Shown: positions 27,756 through 42,869 of the stretch, one piece after another
Position numbering within the stretch: the stretch's first letter is position 1
How the letters are laid out: each line of letters begins with the position of its first letter
From: Octopus vulgaris
Taxonomy: Eukaryota
DNA: 64,000 nt
Assembly (NCBI GenBank): GCA_951406725.2
Contig: OX597819.1
Coordinates: 47,058,001-47,122,000 of the forward strand
Reading direction: 5' to 3'
Position numbers and translations under genes: made by a program
The notes under the pieces: model-generated
Database searches by the model: none
What the model saw: only the letters and a program-made list of their open reading frames with translations
Told to the model about the DNA's origin: nothing

Positions 27756-28435
27756 ATAATCCAACGACGGACCGACGTCCTATCCAAAAAGGAACACATA
27801 TATATGGCAGGGAAACCGGCAAACCGGGAAACAGGCCTTATGCTCCTTCAAGAATCATGTGGACTGCGCCTTAGATCCTTGGGATCCAGAAAAGGGTGTA
27901 TTTTCATGTAATGAAGTGAATTAATTGAGTTGCTAGAACGCGGAATAGACTGACTTGCGGTATATGCTCCCCCTGTTTCTGCTCTGTGTTGAAACCTCGG
28001 CGAAGTGAGCGGCATTGCTTCTATACTTCTAGATAAATGAAGTTAAAATTAAGTACTAGGTCGCTTCTACTCATCCTCTCTCTCTCTCTCTCTCTCCCAC
28101 CTCTCGCTCTCTCTCTTTCTTTCCTTCTCTCTCTCTCTCCCCTCTCTCTCTCTCTCTCTCACTCACTCACTTTCTCAGAACCTACTACGTTGCACCGTGG
28201 GGAAGAACGTGGGAGACCAGCCACAGCGTTATTTTCCCAGAAACGGGTAATGGTTGAGAGTGGGGTTCACAATCCTTTCTGATTGAAAGTAAAAAAAAAA
28301 AAAACTAATATGATACTGGAAACGTCCGGGGTCAGCCTGATGTGCAGTATAACGGAAGAAGAAGAAGAAGAAGAAGAAGAAGAAGAAGAAGAAGAAGAAA
28401 AAGAAGATGCAACCACGCTTATACATATACATATC

Positions 28436-28562
<127 letters not shown>

Positions 28563-29166
28563 GCGCGCGCACACACGCACACACAATGTTAACGCAGACA
28601 ATAAGAGACCTAAAAGAATTTGCCTGTTTTCCTTTCTCAAATCTATGATTCTTGTCCTAATTAATTGTCTCGGATAAGTTCCTCTGTTTCTAGTTACGCC
28701 AACAATGAAGCATAGCATTTTTTCCCCGGGTTTTTTTTTGTTTTTTTTTTCAACTTTTCATCCACCACCTCCTCCTCCTCCTTCTTCTTCTCCCCTATGT
28801 ATATCTTATACGATTTCAATTCTACAAAACGCCCGCAAATTCTTCATGGTGAATTTGTTGTTGTGTCCAGTAATGAGCTACACCATAGGGGTCGAAGAAT
28901 AGATAATAAAAAAAATAATAATTAATGAATAAATAAGGAGATAAGGAAGAAAAGCAAAAAAATCTATTTGGCCAAATGATCTTGGTCACGTGATGACCGC
29001 GGCGTAAAAACTTAACATATTTGCCTGAGGTTGCTGTTTGTAATTAGTTCCACATCTGAATATAATGTATGCACGCGCCATTCTCGTTCAACGTTACACT
29101 TACTTCCACACACACATACAGACACACACACACACGCATGCATGCACACATATTCACACATACATG

Positions 29167-29216
<50 letters not shown>

Positions 29217-29547
29217 TATGCACACATATATGCACTCATACATATATATATACGCATAAACATGTACATATGCATGTATATATATACACACATATACATA
29301 TATATATCTATGCATATATGAGTGTATATGTGTGTATGTATACATATATATATATATATATGTATGTATTTGTATATGTACGTATGTGTTTGTATATGTA
29401 TATACACACGCAGACATGCACATACAAGCATACATATATATACATATACACACACAACACACACACGCATATACATATGTGTGTATATACATATTTATGT
29501 CTATATTTATCTATATATACATGTATGTTTACACACATACATGTATA

Positions 29548-29602
<55 letters not shown>

Positions 29603-29607
29603 GCACG

Positions 29608-29638
<31 letters not shown>

Positions 29639-30344
29639 ATACACGCACTCGCACAACCTTACAATCATATATGTTGGAGGGAGTTTTCGTTTTGTTTTCT
29701 TCTTTTTTGTTCTTTTTTTTCACACGAAAGTATGATATTCTGATCCCGGTTGAAGGACTATAGTAATCAAATAACGACTATATAAAATTGGGAAGTTAAA
29801 TAATTAATTAGTTAATTAATTATGCATTTAATTAACGAACAAAGTAATTAATCGATTAATCTAATTATTAATCAATTAATTAATTCAATGCCCGTATGTT
29901 TTCCTTAATGACCACTAATTAGGGATCTGACGTGAGTAAAAGTCATCTCTTATAATGTTAGGGTTTCACAAACCAATGTATTTGGTGGTAGTGGTGGTGG
30001 TGATGGTGGTGGTCATCGTCGTCGTCGTCATCGTCGTGCGATAGCGGTGTTATCGTTGAAGGACTGATATAAAACGCCAGATGAAATAGATGTATTAACG
30101 GCCATCAGTTACGTCCCTTGTTCCCTCGTTTGCGTTCTGAGTTCAAATCCCACTGTGGTCGATCTTCATCTTTCATCTCCCTAATATGGATAAAAAAAAT
30201 AGGTATCGACTAGTCTTCAGCATCATCACCACCACCACCACCACTATTGTCTCCTTTACCAGCACCGCTCCACCCGCCGCCACTTCTGCCACCATCAGCG
30301 CCACTGCTTCTACCACAACCTTCATCGTTATTATCATCACCACC

Positions 30345-30550
30345 AATCAGCTGGTAAAAATTTGTAGTAGCTGTATGCCAAAGGGCCGGCCTTGTAACAC
30401 TCTATGTCATGCTGAATTTCCTTAATACCTACATTAAGTGTACACATGTCTATGGAGTACTCAGCCACATGCACGTTAATTCCATGATCAGGTTGTTCCG
30501 TGGATCGGGTCAACTGGAAACCACTTCGTCATAACCGACAGGAGTGCCAC
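30345..30550 (+). mobile_element. SINE tail of the 52891-type element
   Basis: Aligns to 53010-53212. Confidence 0.7.
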
Positions 30551-30890
30551 AACAACCACCATTTCGAGCCAACGAAGTAACGGACATCTTAGTGCTTGCT
30601 TGTGTTGTCCGAAATGACAGCGAAATAACCCTTCGAAATTCCCCACTCCTTAAATCACACACTACAGTCTGAAAAAGATAGAGAAGTACATAATGCATGA
30701 TTTGATCCTAGATACACTGTGGCTGATGAAGACAGGATGGTTACGGCCGTAATGGCTTTGGTCGTCGTTGTGCTTAGTCAGGGCTACATCAGAACAACAA
30801 CAACAAATAAACATCAATTATAGTAATCGGTGGATTAGTAAAATCTCTAAAGCGATGCACATAATACGTTTAGGTATTCTGGCTCTTTAT

Positions 30891-31135
30891 GGAGGCGCGT
30901 GGCTTAGTGGTTAGTGTGTTGAACTCATGATCGTAAGGTTGTGGTCTCGATTCCTGGACCGGGCGATGCGTTGTGTTCTTGAACAAAACACTTCATTTTC
31001 ACGTTGCTCCAGTCCACTCAGCTGGCAAAAATGAGTAATCCTGCGATGCACCAGCGTCCCGTCCAGGTGGGGAATTTCTACGCCACTGAAACCGGGAAAC
31101 CGGCCCTTATGAGCCTGGCATGGCTCGAGAAGGAA
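30891..31135 (+). mobile_element. SINE family C
   Basis: Homologous to 4250-4490. Confidence 0.9.
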
Positions 31136-31478
31136 CATTTATTATTTTTTTTCGTAATCACCACTATCACCTTGAACGGACCATCACTCCGTCGCAGAGT
31201 TTAACCCCATCCTACCAATCCCATTGTGGCCAGTACACATTTGCAGGTGAATGGGTTGAAGAAATGTGAAATGAATTACCTTGCTCAAGGACACAAGGCA
31301 CCACCCGGTCCGAGAATTGAAACTAGGAACAAACGGTCGTGATCACAACAGACGGACCACTATGGCAAAAAGGGGAGATAATTTCAATTAAATACAAATA
31401 CGGATTAATTTCACCGGAAATTCTACTTTCATACGGATACGGGGAGAAATCTGATTATTTTTTCTTATCAAGATATTA

Positions 31479-31521
31479 GCTATGGACATGTTTCGGTCGC
31501 ATTATATCTCGTCAGCCTAGC
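31479..31521 (-). ncRNA. Minimal type I hammerhead ribozyme motif (Penelope-type)
   Basis: GCTAGG-CTGACGA-G(12 nt)C-GAAA-CATG-TC-CATAGC: intact core, palindromic ACATGT stem III, GUC triplet, 5 of 6 pairs in stem I. Confidence 0.6.
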
Positions 31522-32689
31522 ATAGTTTACTCAATTTCTCTTTGATCAGTGGACAGTGATCTTCACATGTATAAAAAGTGTTACCACTATATTTTGTGAT
31601 AACGGAAATTGATCCAAGGGAGACAAGTCAATTCGATCAATGACATGAATCTTAATAATTCATATAGGTGGCATGACATGCAAAAACAAAGTATTCTAAA
31701 TGGATTCACGTAAAGAAAAAAATATTCTATATGAATTGAATCTACCTTTTAGTTGAAGATAGAGGACGGAGATTTAGTGGTAATTGTTAGCAGAGTTAAC
31801 CAAATACCAGATGGATTCAGGTGTATAAAAATATAGAAGAGTAAAGAAAATGAGAGTATTTTCAGCCATCGTTTATAGCATTACAGATAAAGGGAAATGG
31901 GGAGAAGGAAGAAGAATGGGGAGAGGAAAAGTGAAGAAAGAGAGAGAGATGGGAAGAAGAAGAAGAAGAAGAAGAAGAAGAAGAAGAAGAAGAAGAAGAA
32001 GAAGAAGAAGAAGAAGAAGAAGAAGAAGAAGAAAGGAGAGGAGGGGAGAAGGGGAAGAAGAATTATAGGAGGGAAAAGGTGGTGAGGAGAAGGAGGGAAG
32101 AGTGAGGAAGAAGAGGACGGAGGAAAGTTATGGTCATAGCCTGAGCGAGTATAATATATGGAGAATGGAAGGAGGAGAAACGAGGGACATTTTGAGAGCA
32201 ATATTGACACCACTGATTTTGATGGTGGTAGCGGCAGCGGCAGCGGCAGCGGCAGCGGCAGCGGCAGCGGCAGCGGCAGCGGCGTTGGTGATGGTGGTGG
32301 TGGTGGTGGTGGTGGTGGTGGTGGTGGTGGTGGTGGTGGTGGTGGAGTGCTGGTGCTGGTGGTGCTGGAGTGCTGGTAGTGGTGGTGGTGGTGGTGGTGC
32401 TGGTGCTGGTGCTGGTGGTGCTGGTATTGCTTGTTGTTGTTTGTTGTTGCTATCGTTGTTACCATTTTTGATGGTATCGTTGTAATTATTTAGTCCTAAG
32501 TCAGCTTTGATTGAACAGACTTATAATCAAAACCATTCCAACTGCGACCTACATGTATCCGTTCTTTTCTCCGGACGGTAAGTTGTGATTTGAGGAAGAT
32601 TGGTTGTTATTTTTAGCAGGTAGAGCGACTAGATGGAAAGTCTTGTTGGTTCGATATCATCATGGTTAAGCCACACTACTTTGTAAGGA

Positions 32690-32868
32690 GCATAGAGCAG
32701 TTTTCCGGCTTCTCCGGCGCATAAATACTTCCCTGGGCGGGACGCCCATCCGTCAAAGGATTACTCATTTTTGCCATCATAGTAGACAAGAGCACAACGC
32801 ACCCGGGAATCGAAACCACAATCTTACGATCATGAGTCCGACACTCTAACCACTAAGCCATGCTCCTC
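32690..32868 (-). mobile_element. SINE family C, internally deleted
   Basis: CCACAATCTTACGATCATGAGTCCGACACTCTAACCACTAAGCCA. Confidence 0.75.
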
Positions 32869-33296
32869 TTCATTATCATCGTAGTTGCTGCTATTGTAAT
32901 TGCTGTCATTATTGACACTACTTTTGTTTGTTTTTGCTACCATTGTTGTTGTTGCTGGTGGTGGTGGTGGTGGTGGTGGTGAAGTTGTTGTTGTTGTTGG
33001 TGGTGGTGGTGATGGTGGTGGTGGTGGGGAAGTTGTTGTTGTTGTTGTTGTTGTTATTGTTAGTGGTGGTGGTGGTGGTATAATTATTTTTGTCCCGCAT
33101 TGAAAGGGCTTTGAGAAAGGCGTCTAGCATCACGTGTATTCGAAAGTCGACACCCGGCCGCAGCATCCGTTCGCGCCGCCCTGGCACACGCCACAAGACA
33201 ACACAAGCTGTGCTGCCCACCTTACTGAGCCCACTTAACCATGAATATCAGCAGATCGCAACCAAATTGTATTCCACAAATTTTCCCGCCCACTTC

Positions 33297-33464
<168 letters not shown>

Positions 33465-33470
33465 ATGATT

Positions 33471-33878
33471 TATTTCTTTATTGCCCACAGGGGGGGCTAA
33501 GTATAGAGGGGACAGACAAAGGGCTTAAGTCGATTACATCGACTCCAGTGCGTAACTGGTATTTATTTAATCGACCCCGAAAGGATGAAAGGCAAAGTCG
33601 ACCTCGGCGGAATTTGAACTCAGAACGTAACGGCAGACGAAATACCTATTTCTTTAATACCCACAAGGGGCTAAACACAGAGAGGACAAACAAGGACAGA
33701 CAAACGGATTAAGTCGATTATATCGACCCCAGTGCGTAACTGGTACTTATTTAATCGACCCCGAAAGGATGAAAGGCAAAAATCAGCCTCGGCGGAATTT
33801 GAACTCAGAACATAGGACAGACGAAATGCCGCTAAGCATCTCGCTCGGCGTGCTAACGATTCTGCCAGTTCGCTGCCT
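33471..33878 (-). mobile_element. Dimeric SINE family A
   Basis: Two bodies, both with the ...GTGGGC/TA.TAAAGAAAT-type tail. Confidence 0.9.
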
Positions 33879-34276
33879 TGAATAATAATTTCTAATAATG
33901 GTTTCAAATTTTGGCACAAGGCCAGCAGTTTTTGAGGAGCGATTAAGGTCAGTTACATCGACCCTAGTTCTTGACTGGTACTTATTTTATCGACCCTGAA
34001 AGGATGAAAAGCTAAGTCGACCTTGGCAGAATATAATAATTTCTAATAGTAAAACAAGTCTAAACAGCTTTTGGTGGATGAGGAGGCGAGAATAACACTA
34101 TAATCCTTCCCCTCCTCTTCTTCCCCAGAAGAATTAAAGGAAAGGTTGACCTCAATGAAATTTGAACAAAACAGGTTAAAGAACTATGATTCAATATCTT
34201 GGATATTTTCATTATAGTTCTATTCATTCTAGCAATCTACCAACCATACTTAACATTTTGTCTAATTACTCTACCG

Positions 34277-34370
<94 letters not shown>

Positions 34371-35824
34371 ACAATAATAATAATGATTTATTTCTTTATT
34401 GCCACTACTACCGCCATAATATAAGACTCATTGATAACGAAAACTAATATAGACGCCAAGCCTGGCGTTTGGTTGAAAGATGTAACTGAATGAACCGACT
34501 CCAGTAATTGAAAGGTATGTTATCAATACTGGAAAGATGAAAGGTAAAACTGATCCTGGCAGAATTTGAACTGGTGAAGTAAAGAAACGTTTCTCGAATA
34601 CTATAAATCATTTATTCCGTCATTCTAGTGTTCTATCATCATTATGAAGATGTTTTGTTTCAGTCAGGCAAGTCGAAGAAGAACTCGGATTACGTAGCAT
34701 TCAGGCATTTCTCCGGAAGTATTAAAAGCATACATGGAGGACATTGTCTTCCGCTAAGAATTGAACTTGGGACATAGTAAGTTTACTTTGGCTCACACTA
34801 AGACGTCGTCTGCGGCCGAGTTCATCTACGCTATAAAAACGACAAAGCTGCTTCTTTATTAGTTACAAGTATGTAACGAAAGAGAGCGATCATTAAAGTC
34901 AACACTGTCTAGAAAATTCTTAAAAGTTCTAATTTTAATATATTTTTATCAAAATATGATTATCAAATTTCTTTTATTATTGAAGATTTCAACTACACGA
35001 TGCAATCAGAAAGCTAATTTTAATCCACTACGAGATAGCAACAACGATGATGTGTAATTTTGTTGTCGAGTAATGACAAAATGTAATACAGTCCGAGAAA
35101 GCCCTCACACGTGATGAACCATAGTGACTAAACACTTAAATGTAAACACACTCACAATAGGCACTCAAATACACACAGCAACATATACACATAGGCACAT
35201 ACACAAACACCCGTACACATAATCAGATAAACGTGTGTATACACTTACACATACACACTCAAACATGCGTGCATGCAAGTATGCATTCACATATGCAAAC
35301 ACAGAGGCAAACACGCACACGTGCATACATATATAAAATCACACTTATATCCACACATATACATACATGCATTCACACATGCACGTCTATCCATACATAT
35401 ATGCGCTTACACGTACACTCACGCATGCAAAGCACATACGCAAACACGTTGTGCGAGCATATATACACAAAATGACACGTGCATATGTACTCACGGACCC
35501 AAAGCTTCCATACACACACTCACATTCATGCATGCAATCCCGCACGTGCATTCACACATGCGTTCAAGCAAGCAAAAGAAGTCATGCATAAACACTCTCT
35601 CACAAATATGCAGTGGCACGTACAGACATACATGTACACACACACACACACACACCTACACCTACATTCACCCAGTCAATGTGGTATATACACACACACA
35701 CACAAATGCACGCACACATACACATACATACATACATACATACATACATACATACATACATACATACATACATACATACACGGGCACATGCATGGAAATG
35801 ACAGCTGTCAATCAAACACAAAAA

Positions 35825-35974
35825 CAACTTAGATGTGTGGTTAAGAACATCGCTTCGCATCCACGTGATACCGAGTTCGTTCCCGTTACGTGGTACCTCA
35901 GACAAGTGCTTTCTACTCTAGGCTACCAATACCTTGTGAATAAATTTGTTGAATGGAAACTGTTTCGAAGCACA

Positions 35975-36015
<41 letters not shown>

Positions 36016-36270
36016 AGAGAGCGTGCGTGTATATGTATGCGTGTGTGCGCACACGCACACGTCTTTATGCTCGACACCCATCCCCACTTGACAGTCGGTG
36101 TTGGTTTGTTTACATTCCCGTAACTAAACAGTTTGGCAAACAAGAAAGAGAAACGATAGAAGTAACACAACTTGAAATAAGCAGCATTGTCGAACTGTCC
36201 GGCTAAGCCCTTCAACGCGGTGTCCCATCATGGACGCAGTCTAATAACTGAAACAAGAAAAAGAACATCG
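35825..36270 (+). mobile_element. Old SINE family B
   Basis: Diverged head, (GT)n middle and recognisable tail. Confidence 0.65.
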
Positions 36271-36297
36271 TTAAATTCCAATATAATATTAAAATGC

Positions 36298-36690
36298 AAC
36301 AAGGGCACTCAGAGAGCGCAAACCTCCGCCAAGGCAACACCAACGTCCTCTCAACAATTAGCCAGAGATGATTTTTAAAATGAGAATATCTGAAATAAAC
36401 TTGACTGCTCTATACAAACGAGAATACTAAAAAAAAAAACCGACCGCTTTCAAAAATTAAGTAAAAAAAAAATTTTTTTAAAAACGGGGAAATAATCCAG
36501 AATCCTTGTCCGGCACTGGATCAATCCCAAATTCTAACCAGTTTGTGCCAGTCACGAGGCCAAACATTTCTGAAAGTTTCATCCGAATCCATCCAGTGAT
36601 TTTTGGAATATCTTGTCCACGAACAAACAAACAAACAAACAAACGCGAGTGAAAACAATACCTCCGACTTCGCTAAGGCGGAGATAATAA
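36298..36690. mobile_element. Helentron-associated non-autonomous element (HINE/DINE-like)
   Basis: Subterminal ACCTCCGCC near the left end, terminal hairpin ACCTCCG...GGCGGAGAT at the right end, internal (CAAA)n; this layout is typical of HINEs. Confidence 0.6.
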
Positions 36691-37189
36691 ACTTATTAAT
36701 GGAGTATATAAACTGAAGCATATAAAGTTGAGTATATAAAATGGTGTACATAAGTATATTAGTGGAGTATATATTAGTGGAGTATAAAGTGCATGTATAT
36801 AAACTAAAACGATAGCAACATATTTAGAAAAGTAAAAAAAAAGCAACAAACTAGAGATTTTACAGATGATTCATAATTTAAAGGTTTTCTGCAGCTGTTC
36901 CAACATGATCTCTTATATAATTACTTAATGAATGTACATAATTAAGTTGATGCCTAATAAAACCACAAAAAACTGAAATACGAAAGGAATCCAAAGGAAC
37001 AATCATATCGCATCGTCCGTCGTGCGAGTTAACAAGGGATAAGCTCAGATCTTAGGTGGAGGGGTCCATTCGAAATATATATTACAGTCTCCACCCAAGG
37101 CTAGTACAATCAACAGTAAGCGTGAAAATTGTTCTGAGATGTGTGGGGTGGAAACACAAAGGATGCATGTCTCGAAACCCCGAAGTGGG

Positions 37190-38160
37190 TCCAGGAGGAG
37201 GCAACCATTAAGGGAGCTGGAACGTCACAACCCTTACGGGTAAAAAGTAGATGAGACCAAACGCTACCGACTAGATATAGTCGGTGTCTCCTCTACAAGA
37301 TTCCGAGGTTCTATTACCGTAGATTCCGATGGAGGATGGAAGCTCCACTATTTAGGTGCTATGCCAACTATGTCTGCACAGGCGAAAGTGCAGATACTCA
37401 CAGGCTCCTGGCAGTCGGATTCTATGTTGGAGAGGATCCCACTGGGTGGAAGAGTACTTAGGCTCAAAGAAGGCTCGCTGTGACTGTTGCAAGTATTTGC
37501 ACCAAATAGTGCGAACACATACAAATCCTTCCTTGAGGAAGTTACTACGTCTTTATCTGTAGTTAAGTCTGAGTTATGTGTTCTACACGGAGACTTAAAT
37601 GCACCTGTCGGCACTGGTTACCGAACATGGAAAGGAGTGACTGGGAGAAATGGTGCCCTCGAACTCAAGGTAAATGGAGAGGCCTTACTATACTTCTGTC
37701 CTAGAAATGGGTTCTCCATTATGAACACATTCGTCTAGCACAGGTATATCCAGAAGTGTACTTGTGACAGAAGTCACCGACAGTTTTTATCATCGGCTCT
37801 TATCTCTTTGATTCTGTGCTGGACGTTCGTGTAAAAGAAAGGGCCAGAATTATCAACGGATCACCACCTAACTGTCTTCAACCTTAGACTATCTACAGCA
37901 GAGAGAATATTTTTTAAATATAACTTAGAGGACAAAGTGGGGCACCCTGGCGGATGATGGAATTAGATACAAATATGAGGAATCTATTACAATCCAAATT
38001 CAGTGACCTTACTGAACAGAATGGAGATTGTTTTATTTGATAGTTTCTTGGGTTATAAAATGATGTGAACGAAAGTGGCTTGGTGTCGCGTCAGATGGCA
38101 AAAGTACCTCCAGGTTTAACCAGGAAGTTAAAAATGCCATCCGAGCAAAGATGAATGCTT
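37190..38160 (+). mobile_element. RTE-clade LINE AP-endonuclease remnant
   Basis: GSWNVTTLTGK, RYRLDIVGVSSTR, QVFAPNS, LHGDLNAPVG, NGEALLYFC...IMNTF and LSTDHHL motifs in order, with stops and frameshifts. Confidence 0.9.
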
Positions 38161-38304
38161 ACAAAGCTTGGATTGGAAAGCGTGAACTTAAGACCACATA
38201 GTTGGGAAGCAAACTTCTTACCACACAACCACGCCTGCATCTCTCTCTTTCTCCCTCTCTTTCTTTCTCTATTTATCTGCCTGTCTCGCTGTCCCTGTCC
38301 CTCT

Positions 38305-38345
<41 letters not shown>

Positions 38346-38541
38346 TTTCTCTTTTTGTCTCTCTCGCTCTCCCTTTCTGTGTACATGTATTATTATTGTT
38401 GGCGACATCGATAGAACACCGCCCAAAACACCTCGTTTTAGTGGTATATTTATTTAATCACGTCCTTTGTTTGATATGGTAGTGCCCCAGCATGGCCACA
38501 GCCTTTAGGCTGAAACGCATAAAGAGTAAAAGTGTATGTAC

Positions 38542-38578
<37 letters not shown>

Positions 38579-38624
38579 GTGTCTGTGTGCGAGTGTGTGT
38601 AAGTGTGTGTATGTGTATATATAT

Positions 38625-38699
<75 letters not shown>

Positions 38700-38782
38700 A
38701 TATTGGTAAAAACGGTAAGATAACAAAAGAAAGAGACCTCAATATTATGTAAATAGAGGAAATTTATCTATCTATCTATCTA

Positions 38783-38842
<60 letters not shown>

Positions 38843-38906
38843 TACATACACACACATATACACACGCATACATATATGATGATATAAGATGTATAAAGAC
38901 ATGCCT

Positions 38907-38959
<53 letters not shown>

Positions 38960-39166
38960 TACAGTTAGAGAATGGGAGATGGCGTGAAAGGAAGTAGAGC
39001 CGTTGTAAAGGGGAGAAGTGAGGAATGAGTATAAACGGTAAGAAGAGGTGGGGAAAGAAACGAACGAAAGAAAAATGAAAGTGAAAAAGAAAAAGAAAGA
39101 GGGAAAGTAAAAAGAGAGAAAAAAGAATGAATAATCCATTTAGAAGAAGAAGGAGGGAGAGGGGGG

Positions 39167-39570
39167 AGAAGAAGAAGAAGAAGAAGAAGAAGAAGAAGAA
39201 GAAGAAGAAGAAGAAGAAGAAGAAGAAGAAGAAGAAGAAGAAGAAGAAGAAGAAGAAGAAGGAGGAGGAGGAGGAGGAGGAGGAGGAGGAGGAGGAGGAG
39301 GAGGAGGAGGAGGAGAAGAAGAAGAAGAAGAAGAAGAAGAAGAAGAAGAAGAAGAAGAAGAAGAAGAAGAAGGAGAAGAAGAAGAAGAAGAAGAAGAAGA
39401 AGAAGAAGAAGAAGAAGAAGAAGAAGGAGAAGAAGGAGAAGGAGAAGAAGAAGAAGAAGAAGAAGAAGAAGAAGAAGAAGAAGAAGAAGAAGAAGAAGAA
39501 GAAGAAGAAGAAGAAGAAGAAGAAGAAGAAGAAGAAGAAGAAGAAGAAGAAGAAGAAGAAGAAGAAGAAG
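39167..39570. repeat. About 400-bp pure purine (AAG)n/(GAG)n tract
   Basis: Read directly. Confidence 0.95.
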
Positions 39571-39785
39571 AGCAACAACAACAGCAACAACTGTGGATGA
39601 GATGAGATGAGATGAGGGTTGTTTGTAGTAATTAGTTAGATAAGTTTTGTTGTGAGATGACGACCAACCACACGTCGTCAGGGAAGAGTTTATATGGGAA
39701 CATTGACGTGTGCGTTGTCATTGGGACTGTTACCCATCGCTGGATAATGGGACACAGAATCTGTTTCCCTTCCACCTCTACCTAC

Positions 39786-39817
<32 letters not shown>

Positions 39818-39916
39818 TTTTCCCCCTCTTCGCCCGGATCCACGGGACGGCTGGCCAGACAAACCGCTGTCTGTCTTACCGTCTGTCCGTTTTTCCACCC
39901 ACCACATCCCGACCCC

Positions 39917-39968
<52 letters not shown>

Positions 39969-40069
39969 CGCTCGCTCGCTCACACACACACACTCTCACT
40001 CTCACTCCTTCTCACTCTCTGTCTGTCTCTCTATCCCTCTCATTCTCCTTCTCTCTCACCGAATATATA

Positions 40070-40117
40070 CGTATACGTACGTATGTATGTATGTACGTAC
40101 GTACGTACGTATGTATG

Positions 40118-40151
<34 letters not shown>

Positions 40152-40705
40152 TGTATGTATGTATGTATGTATGTATGCATGTATGTATGAATGCATGTAT
40201 GTATGTATGTACGTATGTATGTATGAATAAATGTATGTATGAATGTATGAATGTATGTATGAATGTATGTATGTATGTATGTATGTATGAATGTATGTAT
40301 GAATGTATGAATGTATGAATGTACGTATGTATGTATGAATGTATGTATGTATGTATGAATGTATGTATATATGTATGTATGTATGAATGTATGTATGTAT
40401 GTATGAATGTATGTATGTATGAATAAATGTATGTATGAATGTATGAATGTATGTATGAATGTATGTATGTACGTACGTACGTACGTATGTATGTATGAAT
40501 GCATGTATGTATGTATGTATGTATGTATGTATGTATGTATGTATGTATAAATGCATGTATGTATTTATGTATGTATGTATGTATGTATGTATGTATGTAT
40601 GTATGTATGTATGTATGAATGTATGTATGTATGTATGATTGTATGTACGTACTATGTATGTATGAATGCATGTATGTATGTATGTATGTATGTATGTATG
40701 TATGC
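40070..40705. repeat. (TATG)n/(AATG)n tetranucleotide tract
   Basis: Read directly. Confidence 0.95.
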
Positions 40706-41007
40706 ACGTATATCGTTCTTCTTTTTCAACAATTCTCTCTTACCCAGTTAATTCTCTTCTCTTTATCTTTCTCCCACTCTAACATTTTAGTTCCCTCTCA
40801 AAATTTTGTGTGCATACATGTGTGTGTGTGTGTGTATGTGTGTGTGTGTATGTGCCCCATTCTCAATCTCAATTTATTCCTTTTTCTGCCCTGTCTTACC
40901 CTCTCTTACCATCTCTCTCTCTCCTCTTCTCTCTCTCTCCTCCTTCTCTCTCTCTCCTCCTTCTCTCTCTCCTCCTTCTCTCTCTCTCCTCCTTCTCTCT
41001 CTCTCCT

Positions 41008-41084
<77 letters not shown>

Positions 41085-41449
41085 AGTCCGTTTATAGCCA
41101 ACATTCGGCCAGCTATTCAGTCGACCACCCAGATAACCAGACAGCCGTCATTTCCCGTGAGAGGGTGCCGCTTCTGCTACCGAAACACCCCTTACATACC
41201 CACCACCACCACCACCACCACCACCATACACTCCCTCTTGCATGCACACCCATGAACAATACCAAAAATGAAACAAAAACAAAACAAACACCCCAAACCC
41301 GGCCCCTTACACACGCAGGAGTCAGAAATAAAGGATTAACAATAATAATGTTAATAAGAAGGGCCAGAGGGGTGCACCTTGTAAGAACAATCGGAAAGAC
41401 AAATGCTGAGGTAGAAATAGGCGGGATAAAAATCACTTTTAGAATAAAT

Positions 41450-41648
41450 AGATAAATACATACATAAATAAATAAATAAAATAAAATAAATAAATAAATA
41501 AATAAATAAAATGAAATAAATAAATGAAATAAATAAATAAATAAATAAATAAATATAATAAATAAAATTAAATAAATGAAATAAATATAAGAGTACATGA
41601 AGGACTGAATGAAAGTGGGAGAAAGAAAGAAAGAAAAAGAAAGAAAGT

Positions 41649-41712
<64 letters not shown>

Positions 41713-41975
41713 AGACAGAATGAAGGACGGAAAGAAAGAAAGAAAGAAAGAAAGAAAGAAGGAAAGAATGAAAGGAAGAAAGAAAAACAAAGAACGAAAG
41801 AAAAGAAGAAAGAAAGAAAGAAAAGAAGAACGAAAAAAAGAAAAGAAGAAAGAATAGAAGAAAGAATAGAAGAAAGAATGAATAAATGAATGAAAGAAAG
41901 AAAGACAGACAGAAGGAAAGAAAGAAAAGAAAGAAAGAAAGAAAAAGAAAGAAGGAAAGAAAGAAAGAAAAAGAC
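41450..41975. repeat. (AAAT)n/(AAAG)n tract
   Basis: Read directly; explains the 339-aa Phe/Ser/Leu ORF. Confidence 0.9.
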
Positions 41976-42368
41976 GGAGAAGGAAGGAGAGATGTGGAAC
42001 GAGAAAGACAGAATGTGTGAATAAACTATGTATATTTGTGTAAATGTGCACGCTTGTGTGTATGTGTACAAGTGTGTATTTATAGGTGTGTGTTTCGCGT
42101 GCGTGTGAGTACGTGTGTACGCGTGTGCGCACTTGTGCACTTGTGTGTGTGTGTGTGTATGTTTATGTGTGTGTGTGTGTGTGCAAGTGTGATGTAGTAA
42201 TCAGTAAGAATCACACGCCTGTTATTTCAACTTCTCGAGTTCGATTTTCAGTCAATTCCAATTTAATGCTATTTCCTTGATAATGTCTTCAAGATCTTGA
42301 TGCTGCCTACACATCGCGCATCGATCAGTGACGTGAAATTTGAGCCTTCATTGAACTTAATAAATATA

Positions 42369-42580
42369 CAGTAATCCCTCGACTATCGCGGATGTTACCG
42401 TCAAAAACCTCCCGCGATAGGTGAAACAGTACTGTACTGTATGTTTTTGTTTTTTTTAATTAATTTTATAATTTCTATAAATTTATTTTATCATAAATGC
42501 AAAACAACACCAAGAGGATTCGACATAAGCTTAAATAATAAACCGCGACAGGTAAACCGCGATATGGCGACGAATTACTG
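42369..42580. mobile_element. pogo/Tigger-like MITE
   Basis: TA|CAGTAATCCCTCGACTATCGCGG ... CCGCGATATGGCGACGAATTACTG|TA inverted termini with TA flanks. Confidence 0.75.
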
Positions 42581-42814
42581 TATAAACTCTCTCTTTTACT
42601 CTTTTACTTGTTTCAGTCATTTGACTGTGGCCATGCTGGGGCACCGCCTTTAGTCGAGCAAATATACCCCAGGACTTATTCTTTGTAAGCCTAGTACTTA
42701 TTCTATCGGTCACTTTTGCCGAGCCGCTAAGTTACGGGGACGTAGACACACTAGCATTGGTTGTCAAGCGATGTTGGGAGAGACAAACACAGACACACAA
42801 ACACACACACACAC

Positions 42815-42869
<55 letters not shown>

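Noticed and set aside
28985-28993. GTCACGTGA E-box/CLEAR motif
   Set aside because: Isolated short motif with no other promoter evidence.
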